Part shown: piece after piece, positions 36,050-45,372 of the stretch
Layout of the letters: each line of letters starts with the position of its first letter
How positions within the stretch are numbered: position 1 is the stretch's first letter
Assembly: GCA_964355645.1 (NCBI GenBank)
Contig: CAYHDI010000003.1
Coordinates: 887-64,886 of the forward strand
Source: an uncultured Candidatus Saccharibacteria bacterium
Lineage (GTDB): Bacteria > Patescibacteriota > Minisyncoccia > Phycocordibacterales > Zambryskibacteraceae
Direction: 5' to 3'
Length of the DNA stretch: 64,000 nt
The notes under the pieces: model-generated
What the model was told of the DNA's origin: nothing
The model's input: only the letters and a program-made list of their open reading frames with translations
The model's database searches: none
Position numbers and translations under genes: made by a program

Positions 36050-38278
36050 ATGTATCTGAAATCGATTGAACTTTCGGGTTTTAAATCGTTCGCCAAGAAA
36101 AGCGAACTTATTTTTAATTCTCCCATTTCAGCCATCGTTGGGCCGAACGGTTCGGGCAAATCAAATGTAGCCGAAGCTTTTCGTTTTGTACTCGGCGAAC
36201 AGTCCATCAAATCTCTACGAGGCAAGAAAGGTGAGGATTTGATTTTCAACGGCGCGGGAGGGGAATCAAGAGCGAATCGCGGTTCGGTCAAAGTGGTTTT
36301 CGACAACCCGGACAAAACTTTTGGCATTGATTTCCCTGAAGTGACCATCGAACGTGTAGTTCATCGAGATGGAATTAATGATTATTTCATCAATGGTTCA
36401 GCCGTCAGGTTAAAGGATGTCATCGAACTTTTGCTCAAGGCGCACATCGGCTCATCAGGTCACCACATTATCTCTCAAGGTGAAGCGGATAAGATTTTGA
36501 ATTCTACGACCAAGGAGCGCAAAGCGATGATTGAAGACGCTCTCGGGCTTCGACTCTATCAATATAAACGTATAGAAAGTGAACGAAAACTTCAAAAGAC
36601 TTTTGAAAACATCGCCCAAGTTGAACTTTTGCGCAAGGAAATCGCTCCGCATTTGAAGTTTCTACACAAACAAGTTGAGAAAGTTGAGAAACTTGAAAGC
36701 ATGAAATCAAGTTTGATTGAACTGGCTCGTGATTATTTCAGAAATGAGGATTTGTATATTAGTTTGAGCAGGAAAGTTTTGTCTGAAGAAAGGAAACCCA
36801 TTGATGCAGAACTAGAAAAACTTTCAAAAGAATTGTTTGGAGCAAAAAAAATTCTCGAGGATTCAGCCAAGGAAGAAAAGAAAGACTACTTGGTTCTCAA
36901 TCTTGAATCAGAAATATCGGGGGTAAGAACTCACAAAGACTCATTGGTTAGAAATTTGGGCAAAATCGAAGGTTCAATTGAGGTTGAAGAAAGAGTTGTC
37001 AAGAAGCAACAGGAACTTGCCACTTCAAACGAGAACAAGATGATTCGTTTAAAGGACGTTGAAAGCTTGTATGAAGAGATTTCTTTGTTTTCAACTATTG
37101 CTGATGTTTTAAACAAAATAAAGGAATTTATTAAAGCCCAGAGGTATTCAGCTGATTCGGCCACATCTCTAGAAGCAGAAAAATTTATAAAAGAACTCTC
37201 AATAAACAAAGAAAATTTAGAAAAGGAAATTAAACTAGCCGACGAGAAAGAGAAGACTCTTCGACTGAGATACGAAGAACTTAAACACGAGATAGAGAAG
37301 GAGAAGGATTCGAGTCGAGATGCGGAACGGACAGTATTTAGGATTATGTCCGAAGAAAACGAATTGATTTCTAAACTTAATCTGATTAAATCAAGAGAAG
37401 AGATTTTGAAAAAAGATGAAGATGAATTTAAAAGAGAAATGAGCGAGGTTGGAGTTCTCGTAGGTGTAGACGCATTGCATTTCCATGGTGAGAGTTCAAC
37501 CCAAACCAAAGATAACATTTTGATCGAAGATAGAAAAATTCAAGAAGAGAAAAAGCGCGAGATAGGGAAGCTGAAGATTCGACTTGAAGATTCAGGAGTG
37601 GCCGGCTCGGATGAAGTGATGAAAGAATACAAGGACGTAAGTGAACGAGATGAATTCCTGGCTCGTGAACTGCTTGATTTGGAAAAATCGGCCGAATCAT
37701 TGAAGCAGTTGGTCAAGGATTTGGCTGAAAGATTGGCCATTGAATTTTCTATGGGAGTAACGAATATCAACAAAGAATTCGGAGGGCTTTTCAGCGCGAT
37801 GTTTGGTGGGGGAGATGCGAGATTAATTCTTACAAAAAACAAAAAACAAAAAATAGAGACTTTGATAGAGAATGAAGAATTGGATAGTTTGAGTGATATA
37901 GAAGAAGGTGAAGAAGTAATTGAAGAGGGGCTCGACATTGCCGTCAATCTTCCAAGAAAGAAAATCAAAGGCTTGATGATGCTCTCTGGTGGAGAAAGGG
38001 CCCTCACTTCTATCGCTCTGCTCTTTGCTATCTCTGCCGTGAATCCTCCCCCATTCATTATTCTCGATGAGACTGACGCTGCCCTCGATGAAGCCAATTC
38101 GAAGAAGTATGGAGACTTGGTCGAGAAACTTTCAAAGCATTCTCAACTTATTTTAATTACTCACAATAGAGAAACCATGAGTCGCGCAGGAATTATCTAT
38201 GGTGTGACCATGTCTTCAACAGGTGTATCCAAGCTCCTTTCTATCGAATTCGCCGAAGCAGTCGAGGTGGCGAAATAA
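36050..38278 (+). CDS. smc: SMC-family ATPase, short hinge-less form (~742 aa)
   Basis: SMC N-head MYLKSIELSGFKSFA...VGPNGSGKSN...FVLGEQSIKSLRG; C-head LSGGERALTSIAL, Walker B ILDETDAALD; only ~410 aa coiled coil between heads, no recognisable hinge. Confidence 0.75.
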   Translation: MYLKSIELSGFKSFAKKSELIFNSPISAIVGPNGSGKSNVAEAFRFVLGEQSIKSLRGKKGEDLIFNGAGGESRANRGSVKVVFDNPDKTFGIDFPEVTIERVVHRDGINDYFINGSAVRLKDVIELLLKAHIGSSGHHIISQGEADKILNSTTKERKAMIEDALGLRLYQYKRIESERKLQKTFENIAQVELLRKEIAPHLKFLHKQVEKVEKLESMKSSLIELARDYFRNEDLYISLSRKVLSEERKPIDAELEKLSKELFGAKKILEDSAKEEKKDYLVLNLESEISGVRTHKDSLVRNLGKIEGSIEVEERVVKKQQELATSNENKMIRLKDVESLYEEISLFSTIADVLNKIKEFIKAQRYSADSATSLEAEKFIKELSINKENLEKEIKLADEKEKTLRLRYEELKHEIEKEKDSSRDAERTVFRIMSEENELISKLNLIKSREEILKKDEDEFKREMSEVGVLVGVDALHFHGESSTQTKDNILIEDRKIQEEKKREIGKLKIRLEDSGVAGSDEVMKEYKDVSERDEFLARELLDLEKSAESLKQLVKDLAERLAIEFSMGVTNINKEFGGLFSAMFGGGDARLILTKNKKQKIETLIENEELDSLSDIEEGEEVIEEGLDIAVNLPRKKIKGLMMLSGGERALTSIALLFAISAVNPPPFIILDETDAALDEANSKKYGDLVEKLSKHSQLILITHNRETMSRAGIIYGVTMSSTGVSKLLSIEFAEAVEVAK

Positions 38279-38279
38279 T

Positions 38280-40223
38280 TTAAACCAAAAGAAAATCAAG
38301 AGTTTTTCTTTCTGGGTCGCTGGCCATTAACTTCACCCGCACTTTGTCTCCCAAAGAATATTTCTTACCGGTTTTCTGACCAACCACAGCATAAATTTTC
38401 TGATTCAATTCATAAAAATCATCTGACATGTCGCGGAGTTTGACCATACCTTCGGCCTTGGTATTTACTTCTTCAACATAAATACCCCACTCCGAAACCC
38501 CGGAGACAATTGCGTCGAATTCCTCACCTATGTGGTCCTGCATATATTCAACTTGTTTGTATTTGATTGAGGCTCGTTCAGCATCTGCTGCCTCAACCTC
38601 TCGTTCACTTTCTTGGTCACACAAGTTTTGATATTTCAAAATTTCATCCTGATCAATTTTTCCTTTCTTCAAGAATCTTTCGAGCAGTCGATGCACCATC
38701 ACATCCGGATAGCGACGAATCGGGGAAGTGAAATGCGTATAAAAATCGAAAGCCAACCCGAAATGCCCGATGTTTGAAGTAGAATAAACAGCCTTAGACA
38801 TCGAGCGAATGGCCGCGGTCTTGATAAGCATTTCGGCGGGCGAACCCTCGACTGATTTGAGCATCTTGGAAATTTCTTCACCTGTTGTTTCTCCGTCTTT
38901 GTGTTTGAGCTCAAAGCCGAGGGCTTTCACAAATTGAGCTAGGTTAATAATTTTTTCTCTATCCGGCGCTTCATGGATTCTATAAACACCCGCGGCCCGA
39001 GTATTCAATTTGGTAGCCGAATCGAGAATTTTCGCCACCTCACGATTCGCGAGAAGCATATAGTCTTCAACAAGTTTGTGTGTGTCAAGGCGAGTCTTTT
39101 TGTAAACTCTGATTGGCTTGCCCAAATCATCAAGTTCGAACTTCACTTCTTCTGTCTCAAACTCTATGGCTCCGTTTTTGAATTTCTCTGCTCTAAGCTT
39201 ATAGGCAATATCATTCAAAGTTTGAAGCTCAGCATAGAATTCACCGGACTTCTTGTCGAGCGTTTCTTGTGCATTTTCATAAGTAAATCGTTTGTTCGAA
39301 TTTATGAGTGTCCGACCGAACCACCTGTCTTTCACCCCTCCGTTTTTATTTAAAACAAAAATAGAAGAGAAAGCATACTTGTCTTCCTTCGGATTAAGCG
39401 AACACAAATCGTTCGAAAGGATTTCTGGAAGCATCGGGATGGTTCGGTCAACCAGATAGATTGAAGTCCCTCTGTGTCTAGCCTCTGTGTCCAAAGCCGT
39501 GCCCGGGATTACAAAATGAGAAACATCAGCAATGTGAATACCTATTTCAAAATCTCCATCATCAAGTTTTTTGAAGGAAATCGCATCATCAAAATCCTTC
39601 GCATCTTCCGGATCAATAGTGAAGGTGACTCTATCGCGGAAGTCGCGTCGATCTTTAGGAGCAGATGTCCGCCGGCTGGCGGATTCATCTTTGTATCTCT
39701 TTTTGCATTCCTGGGCTTCGGCTTCTACGTCGGCAGGGAAGTCAACTTCGAATCCGCGTTCAATGATGATGCCGAGCATTTCAGCATTGTGTTCACCCTT
39801 GCGCCCGATAAGGCGAATGACTTCACCCGTTGGACCCTTGTCCACATCTGTCCATTCGGTAATCTTCACCTGAACCTTGTCGCCCTCCTTCCCACGCATA
39901 GCTTTCTCACTCGGTATGAAAATATCTTTGTACATTCGCTTGTCATCCGGAATTAAATAAAATCCTCCGCCAGCTGGTGGAAGCGATTTCTCAAGCATGC
40001 CTACGAAAGCAGTTTTCTTGCGTTCGATTATTTCTACAACTTCGGCCTGCTTGCGACCATAAACCTCTGTTCCCAATGGTTCGATGATAACCGTGTCTCC
40101 AGACAAGGCAGTCTTTATTCTTTCGGGCTGAATTTCAAAATCATCGTTCTCATCCTTAGGATTAGGAAAATAGCCGACCCCCTTGCCGGTTACTTTGATT
40201 GTGCCTGTCAGTTTTTCCTTCAT
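38280..40223 (-). CDS. rnr: Ribonuclease R (RNB-family 3'-5' exoribonuclease with C-terminal S1 domain)
   Basis: cold-shock/OB N-domains, RNB catalytic core, S1 domain EFDAIVSGVSEWGIYVEE; start taken at MKEKLTG. Confidence 0.85.
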   Translation of the reverse strand: MKEKLTGTIKVTGKGVGYFPNPKDENDDFEIQPERIKTALSGDTVIIEPLGTEVYGRKQAEVVEIIERKKTAFVGMLEKSLPPAGGGFYLIPDDKRMYKDIFIPSEKAMRGKEGDKVQVKITEWTDVDKGPTGEVIRLIGRKGEHNAEMLGIIIERGFEVDFPADVEAEAQECKKRYKDESASRRTSAPKDRRDFRDRVTFTIDPEDAKDFDDAISFKKLDDGDFEIGIHIADVSHFVIPGTALDTEARHRGTSIYLVDRTIPMLPEILSNDLCSLNPKEDKYAFSSIFVLNKNGGVKDRWFGRTLINSNKRFTYENAQETLDKKSGEFYAELQTLNDIAYKLRAEKFKNGAIEFETEEVKFELDDLGKPIRVYKKTRLDTHKLVEDYMLLANREVAKILDSATKLNTRAAGVYRIHEAPDREKIINLAQFVKALGFELKHKDGETTGEEISKMLKSVEGSPAEMLIKTAAIRSMSKAVYSTSNIGHFGLAFDFYTHFTSPIRRYPDVMVHRLLERFLKKGKIDQDEILKYQNLCDQESEREVEAADAERASIKYKQVEYMQDHIGEEFDAIVSGVSEWGIYVEEVNTKAEGMVKLRDMSDDFYELNQKIYAVVGQKTGKKYSLGDKVRVKLMASDPERKTLDFLLV

Positions 40224-40262
40224 TTTTATAACTATATCAATTTTCGCTCCAAAAAGCACCGT

Positions 40263-40291
40263 TTGACCAAATGTTTAATAATTGCTACTAT
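40263..40291 (+). promoter_or_regulatory. Sigma70-like promoter TTGACC-N17-TACTAT upstream of rpsP
   Basis: consensus-like -35/-10 with 17-nt spacer, 8 nt before rpsP start. Confidence 0.35.
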
Positions 40292-40298
40292 ATGACCC

Positions 40299-40724
40299 AT
40301 GCTAAAAATGAGACTTCAGAGAGTAGGACGCAAGCACGAACCAATCTTTCGTCTTGTTTTAACTGACTCCAAGAACTCGACTAAATCCGGACGATTCAAG
40401 GAAATCCTCGGCTCTTTCGACCCGCGCAAATCTGTCGATGCTTTCAAAGTTGACCGAGTGAAGCATTGGCTTTCGAAAGGCACAGCTATCACCGATACAG
40501 TTCACAATCTCTTCGTGACCCACAAAATTATTGATGCGAAGAAGAAAAATGTGCTTCCAAGAAAAACTCCTATAGTAAAAGAGTCAAAAGTCGAAAGTCC
40601 AAAAGTTGAAGAGGCTAAACCGGCAGAAGTTAAAGCAGAAGAACCAAAGGTTGAGATGAAAGAAGAAGCTCCTGCAGAAGCTCTAGTTGAAGAAACTCCA
40701 GCTGAAGAAGTGCCCACGAAGTAG
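40299..40724 (+). CDS. rpsP: 30S ribosomal protein S16 with Lys/Glu-rich C-terminal extension
   Basis: MRLQRVGRKHEPIFRLVLTDSKNS...GRFKEILGSFDP S16 core; repetitive KVE/AEE tail. Confidence 0.85.
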   Translation: MLKMRLQRVGRKHEPIFRLVLTDSKNSTKSGRFKEILGSFDPRKSVDAFKVDRVKHWLSKGTAITDTVHNLFVTHKIIDAKKKNVLPRKTPIVKESKVESPKVEEAKPAEVKAEEPKVEMKEEAPAEALVEETPAEEVPTK

Positions 40725-40748
40725 AACGAAGTTCACTTCGGGGCTATC

Positions 40749-40785
40749 CAGAACCGATTTTTTTAATCTGGTTCTGGATGGTACA
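40749..40785 (+). terminator. Hairpin ccagaacc-N14-ggttctgg after rpsP
   Basis: 8-bp stem; T-run lies in loop rather than tail so termination efficiency uncertain. Confidence 0.4.
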
Positions 40786-40834
40786 ATAAGATTGTTCTCA
40801 GTAAGACGGTATTACTTCTTAATTCCGAAAGATT

Positions 40835-41179
40835 ATGATTGATGACACACAATTTCTTGAATTTGTAGTGAAGGCATTGGTTGAACATCCGAATGATGTG
40901 AAGATAAAAAGGACAGTAGATGAGATGGGCGTACTTATGACTCTCGATGTGCATCCTGATGATATGGGTAAGGTGATAGGCCGAGCAGGGAACACTGCGA
41001 AGGCGATTAGAATTCTCCTTCGTGTAGTAGGGATGAAAAATAATGCTCGAGTAAATCTGAAAATTGCCGAACCAGCCGGTGGTGCTCCCCGTGAATCTTA
41101 TGTTCGAAATACTCCAAGTCCAGTTCCTTCTGCTTCAAAAACTCTCGACGAAGCAATGGAGGATTTGAACCTAGAGTAG
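40835..41179 (+). CDS. KH-domain RNA-binding protein (YlqC/UPF0109 family)
   Basis: KH motif VIGRAGNTAKAIRILLR; conserved position between rpsP and trmD. Confidence 0.8.
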   Translation: MIDDTQFLEFVVKALVEHPNDVKIKRTVDEMGVLMTLDVHPDDMGKVIGRAGNTAKAIRILLRVVGMKNNARVNLKIAEPAGGAPRESYVRNTPSPVPSASKTLDEAMEDLNLE

Positions 41180-41209
41180 ATAGTAAATAGTAGATAGTAA
41201 ACAGACGCA

Positions 41210-41884
41210 ATGCATTTTCATATCGTCACACTTTTCCCAAAGGCTTTTGATTCGTACCTAGGCGAATCGATTCTTAAACGTGCCATAGAAGATAAGAAGC
41301 TTAAAGTAAGTTTTTATAATCCGCGCGATTATGCCCCCACTTCGCCAAGGCTTCGAGGGGCAAGAGACAACAAAAGAATAGATAGACGCCCATTCGGTGG
41401 AGGTCCGGGGATGGTGATTCAAGCAGAACCCGTGATTAAGGCGATAGAGAAAGCCGTTGCGAAGTCTAAAAGTCAAAAGTCAAAAGTTAAAATAATTTTT
41501 CTCTCTCCTTCCGGTAAACAATTTACAAACGAATATGCAAAGAAAGTTTCCAAAAAATATAAACACATCATCATCATTTCCGGTCGCTATGAAGGAATTG
41601 ATGCGAGAGTGAAAAAAGTTTTTAGGATGGAAGACATTTCTGTTGGGCCATTCGTGCTCACTGGTGGGGAATTACCGGCCATGTTTATGATTGATGTGAT
41701 TGCTCGACAGGTTGAAGGTGTACTCGGAAACTTCGACTCGGTGGAAGAACGCCGTGTTTCTTCAAGTGAGGTTTATACTCGTCCAGAAAAATTTAAATAC
41801 AGAGGCAAGACCTATGGGGTACCAAAAATTCTTTTGTCTGGCCATCAAGCCAAGATTCAAGAATGGAAAAAGAAAAGAAAGTAG
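41210..41884 (+). CDS. trmD: tRNA (guanine37-N1)-methyltransferase
   Basis: MHFHIVTLFPKAF N-terminus, SPOUT fold motifs, GYEGIDARV. Confidence 0.9.
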   Translation: MHFHIVTLFPKAFDSYLGESILKRAIEDKKLKVSFYNPRDYAPTSPRLRGARDNKRIDRRPFGGGPGMVIQAEPVIKAIEKAVAKSKSQKSKVKIIFLSPSGKQFTNEYAKKVSKKYKHIIIISGRYEGIDARVKKVFRMEDISVGPFVLTGGELPAMFMIDVIARQVEGVLGNFDSVEERRVSSSEVYTRPEKFKYRGKTYGVPKILLSGHQAKIQEWKKKRK

Positions 41885-41919
41885 GGTCTTTTCTTTTCCC
41901 CATCTTATCCACATTTGCC

Positions 41920-41948
41920 TTGACACAAAATCACTCTAGATATATACT
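41920..41948 (+). promoter_or_regulatory. Sigma70-like promoter TTGACA-N17-TATACT upstream of rpoB
   Basis: perfect -35, good -10, 17-nt spacer in 238-nt rpoB leader. Confidence 0.4.
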
Positions 41949-42122
41949 ACGCGATAACTTCGAACCGATTGTGTTATGACTGACACGAAGCGAAAAAGGC
42001 CTCTAATAGGGCTTAACAAGGCGATTTGTTAAACGTTTTCGTTTCTTTTATAAAAGTTTCTCTAAAGACGAGCAAAGCCCCGGAGCGAGCGTTGCTTGAA
42101 TTTTCTATCACACAATCATTAA

Positions 42123-45100
42123 ATGGATACTCAAAAAGTGAAGCCTAAACTCGGCACCACAGGCGCTCGAGAGAAAAAGTATTTCGGCAAATTTCGCACA
42201 CCTCTGACCGAAATGCCGAATCTGGTTGTTTCTCAAGTTGAATCGTTCAAATGGCTCATAGAGAAAGGCTTAAAGGAAGTTTTCGAAGAATTCTCATCAA
42301 TCAAAGATTTTTCTGAAAGGAAATTCCAATTGGATTTCATCGGTTTTGAATTGGCCGAGCCAAAATTCAATGAATACGAGGCCAAGGACAATAAACTTTC
42401 ATACGAAGCTCCGCTCAAAGTTCGTCTTCGATTGAAGAACCTGGTCATGAAGACTGAGAAGGAGCAGGAAATATTCATGGCAGATTTCCCGCTCATGACT
42501 TCGCACGGGACATTTATTATTTCAGGAATTGAACGTGTGGTCGTTCCTCAACTTGCGCGCTCTTTCGGAGTTTTCTTCACTTCTCAAGAATTGAAAGGTC
42601 GAACCACTTTCGGAGCGAAAATTATTCCTGCTCGCGGAGCTTGGATTGAATTTGAAACTGACCTTGATGGGACAATGTATGTTCGCATTGATCGCAAGAG
42701 AAAATTCCCAGTCTCTGTTCTTTTCAGAGCCTTCGGTGCTTCAACCAACGACAAGATTCTCGCCCTTTTTGCAGACAAACCTGAAGCCAAGCATTTCATC
42801 GAGAAAACTTTGGCCAAGGATCATACCGTGACTCAAGATGATGCAGCCATAGAAATTCATAAGCGTCTTCGCGACGGAGATTTGGCCTCAGCAGATAATG
42901 CACGCGAATTTGTTCGCTCAATCTTCGGCTCAGAAAGATACGATATTCACAAAGTTGGTCGCTACGCCTTTATCCGACGTTTCGGTCTTAAGGAAACACC
43001 TAAGGAAATCGAACGTAGAACTCTTTCGACTGATGATTTGGTCATCATTGTTTCTCATATTGCCCATTTGAATTCCACACAAGGTTCAACCTCTGATGAC
43101 ATTGACCACCTCGGCAGTCGACGCGTTCGATATGTTGGAGAACTTTTCCAGCAAAAGATTCGTGTAGGTATGGCTCAAATCAAACGAAATATTCAGAACC
43201 GTATGTCTACGATTGATACTGATGTGACCCTACCTGTTCAATTTATTTCTCCGAAACCGCTCCAAGCTCGAATGAAAGAATTCTTCACCACGAACCAACT
43301 TTCTCAATTCATGCAGCAAACCAACGCGCTTGAAGAACTTGAACACTTGCGAACACTTTCTGCTCTTGGACCCGGAGGATTAAACCGTGCTCGCGCTGGC
43401 TACGAAGTACGCGACGTTCATCCTTCTCACTACGGTCGGCTTTGTCCAATTCAAACTCCGGAAGGTCCGAACATTGGACTTATTCTTCGCTTAGCCTCAT
43501 ACGCCCGAGTGAACAGTTTCGGTATGATTGAAACTCCATATGCAGTCGTGAGCAAAGGCAAAATTACCGGCGAAATAAAGTTTCTTAATGCGCTCGAAGA
43601 AGAGCAATATAATATTGCGCATGCCGCCACCCTGGTGACCGATGATTCCATTGTTCCGGAAATTGTCGAAGTTAGATCCAAAGGCACACCAACAACCGTT
43701 CATCGAGAACAAGTTAATTTCATTGATGTGGCCACGAATCAAGCCTTCTCAATTGTCACCTCCATGATTCCTTTCCTGAATCACAACAACGCCAGCCGTG
43801 CTCTCATGGGTTCGAACATGCAGAAACAAGGCACGCCCTGTATTATTCCTGAAGCACCGCTTGTGGCTACAGGAGTTGAAGGGAAAGCTATCCGAGATAC
43901 AGGTCGGCTTATTTTGTCAGATGTTGACGGAACGGTTTCTTATGTTGATGGCAAGAAAATAAAAGTGAAAACCAGCGCGGGCAAAGAACACGAATACAAA
44001 CTCGTGAACTTCTCAATGACTAACACCTTTACTGTCTTTCATCAACGCCCATCAATCGAGCTTGGACAGAAAGTGAAAAAGGGTGATGTCCTGGCTGACA
44101 CCTCTTCATCAGAACATGGGCAAATGGCTCTCGGACAAAACATCCTCGTAGCCTTCATGTCATGGTCTGGGGCAAACTACGAAGATGCTATCATTCTTTC
44201 TGAAAGATTAGTGAAAAATAGTAAATTCACTTCAATCCACATTGAAGATTTCACAGTGAGTGTTCGCGAAACCAAACTTGGACCCGAAGTGATAACTTGT
44301 GATATTCCAAACGTCGGAGAAGGCAAACTAAAAAACTTGGCCGAAGATGGGATCATTCGTGTTGGCGCAGAAGTTAGACCTGGTGATATTTTGGTTGGGA
44401 AAATTACTCCCAAAGGTGAATCGCAACTTACTCCAGAGGAAAGATTGCTTCGTTCGCTTTTCGGTGAGAAGGCTCGCGATGTGAAGGACACATCCAAACG
44501 CATGGAAGGAGGAAAGCGCGGACGAGTAATTTCTGTTCAAATCTTTTCTCGTGAGAAGGGAGACAAACTCGATTCTGGAATTCTCAAACAAATTCATGTT
44601 CAGGTGGCTGAACTTCGAAATGTGAGTGTAGGAGACAAATTGGCTGGTCGACACGGGAACAAAGGAGTTATCTCGAAAATTCTACCAGTTGAAGAAATGC
44701 CTTATATGGAAGACGGAACTCCCATCGATATTATTCTCACTCCGCTCGGTGTGCCTAGCCGTATGAACCTCGGGCAGATTCTTGAAATGCATCTTGGACT
44801 GGCTGCCCATACCTTAAATTATCAAGCCATCGTCCCTCCCTTCGCCGGAGCGACAGAAGAAGAAATCAGAAATGAATTAGAAAAATCAGGATTCAACAAA
44901 AACGGCAAAGTAAAACTTTTTGATGGACGAACAGGTGAGTCGGTCGAACAAGATGTGGCCATTGGTTATATGTACATCTTGAAACTTCACCACATGGTTG
45001 AGGACAAAATCCACATGCGTTCTATTGGACCGTACTCTCTCATCACTCAACAGCCACTCGGCGGGAAGGCTCAAAACGGAGGCCAGAGATTTGGAGAAAT

Positions 45101-45368
45101 GGAAGTATGGGCCCTTCTTGGCCACGGGGCAGGACATACTCTACGCGAAATGTTGACTATCAAATCAGATGATATTCTCGGTCGTGCCGCTACATTTGAT
45201 GCCATAGTGAAAGGTGAAAAGATTGGTGAACCTGGCACCCCAGCTTCGTTCAATGTTCTCTTGAATAATCTTCGAGGGTTGGCACTTGATCTTGAACTCA
45301 AGAGCAAAGGTCCGAAATTAAGACCCGAATCCAAATCGGATATTACCAGTGGTGCTCATAATTCATAA
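42123..45368 (+). CDS. rpoB: DNA-directed RNA polymerase subunit beta
   Basis: 1081 aa; conserved blocks GRYAFIRRFG, NMQKQGTP..., HGNKGVISKI, GGQRFGEMEVWAL. Confidence 0.95.
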   Translation: MDTQKVKPKLGTTGAREKKYFGKFRTPLTEMPNLVVSQVESFKWLIEKGLKEVFEEFSSIKDFSERKFQLDFIGFELAEPKFNEYEAKDNKLSYEAPLKVRLRLKNLVMKTEKEQEIFMADFPLMTSHGTFIISGIERVVVPQLARSFGVFFTSQELKGRTTFGAKIIPARGAWIEFETDLDGTMYVRIDRKRKFPVSVLFRAFGASTNDKILALFADKPEAKHFIEKTLAKDHTVTQDDAAIEIHKRLRDGDLASADNAREFVRSIFGSERYDIHKVGRYAFIRRFGLKETPKEIERRTLSTDDLVIIVSHIAHLNSTQGSTSDDIDHLGSRRVRYVGELFQQKIRVGMAQIKRNIQNRMSTIDTDVTLPVQFISPKPLQARMKEFFTTNQLSQFMQQTNALEELEHLRTLSALGPGGLNRARAGYEVRDVHPSHYGRLCPIQTPEGPNIGLILRLASYARVNSFGMIETPYAVVSKGKITGEIKFLNALEEEQYNIAHAATLVTDDSIVPEIVEVRSKGTPTTVHREQVNFIDVATNQAFSIVTSMIPFLNHNNASRALMGSNMQKQGTPCIIPEAPLVATGVEGKAIRDTGRLILSDVDGTVSYVDGKKIKVKTSAGKEHEYKLVNFSMTNTFTVFHQRPSIELGQKVKKGDVLADTSSSEHGQMALGQNILVAFMSWSGANYEDAIILSERLVKNSKFTSIHIEDFTVSVRETKLGPEVITCDIPNVGEGKLKNLAEDGIIRVGAEVRPGDILVGKITPKGESQLTPEERLLRSLFGEKARDVKDTSKRMEGGKRGRVISVQIFSREKGDKLDSGILKQIHVQVAELRNVSVGDKLAGRHGNKGVISKILPVEEMPYMEDGTPIDIILTPLGVPSRMNLGQILEMHLGLAAHTLNYQAIVPPFAGATEEEIRNELEKSGFNKNGKVKLFDGRTGESVEQDVAIGYMYILKLHHMVEDKIHMRSIGPYSLITQQPLGGKAQNGGQRFGEMEVWALLGHGAGHTLREMLTIKSDDILGRAATFDAIVKGEKIGEPGTPASFNVLLNNLRGLALDLELKSKGPKLRPESKSDITSGAHNS

Positions 45369-45372
45369 TTCC

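Noticed and set aside
36931-38097. Long antisense ORFs (195 and 185 aa) inside smc; similar antisense ORFs inside rpoB, dnaE and thrS
   Set aside because: They have low-complexity Ser/Leu/Phe-rich translations opposite well-supported genes, and no start context. They are spurious.
41180-41209. Short tandem repeat tagatagtaaa x2 between the KH-protein gene and trmD
   Set aside because: It has only two short copies and no spacer structure. It is not a CRISPR array, and I found no CRISPR arrays anywhere in the window.
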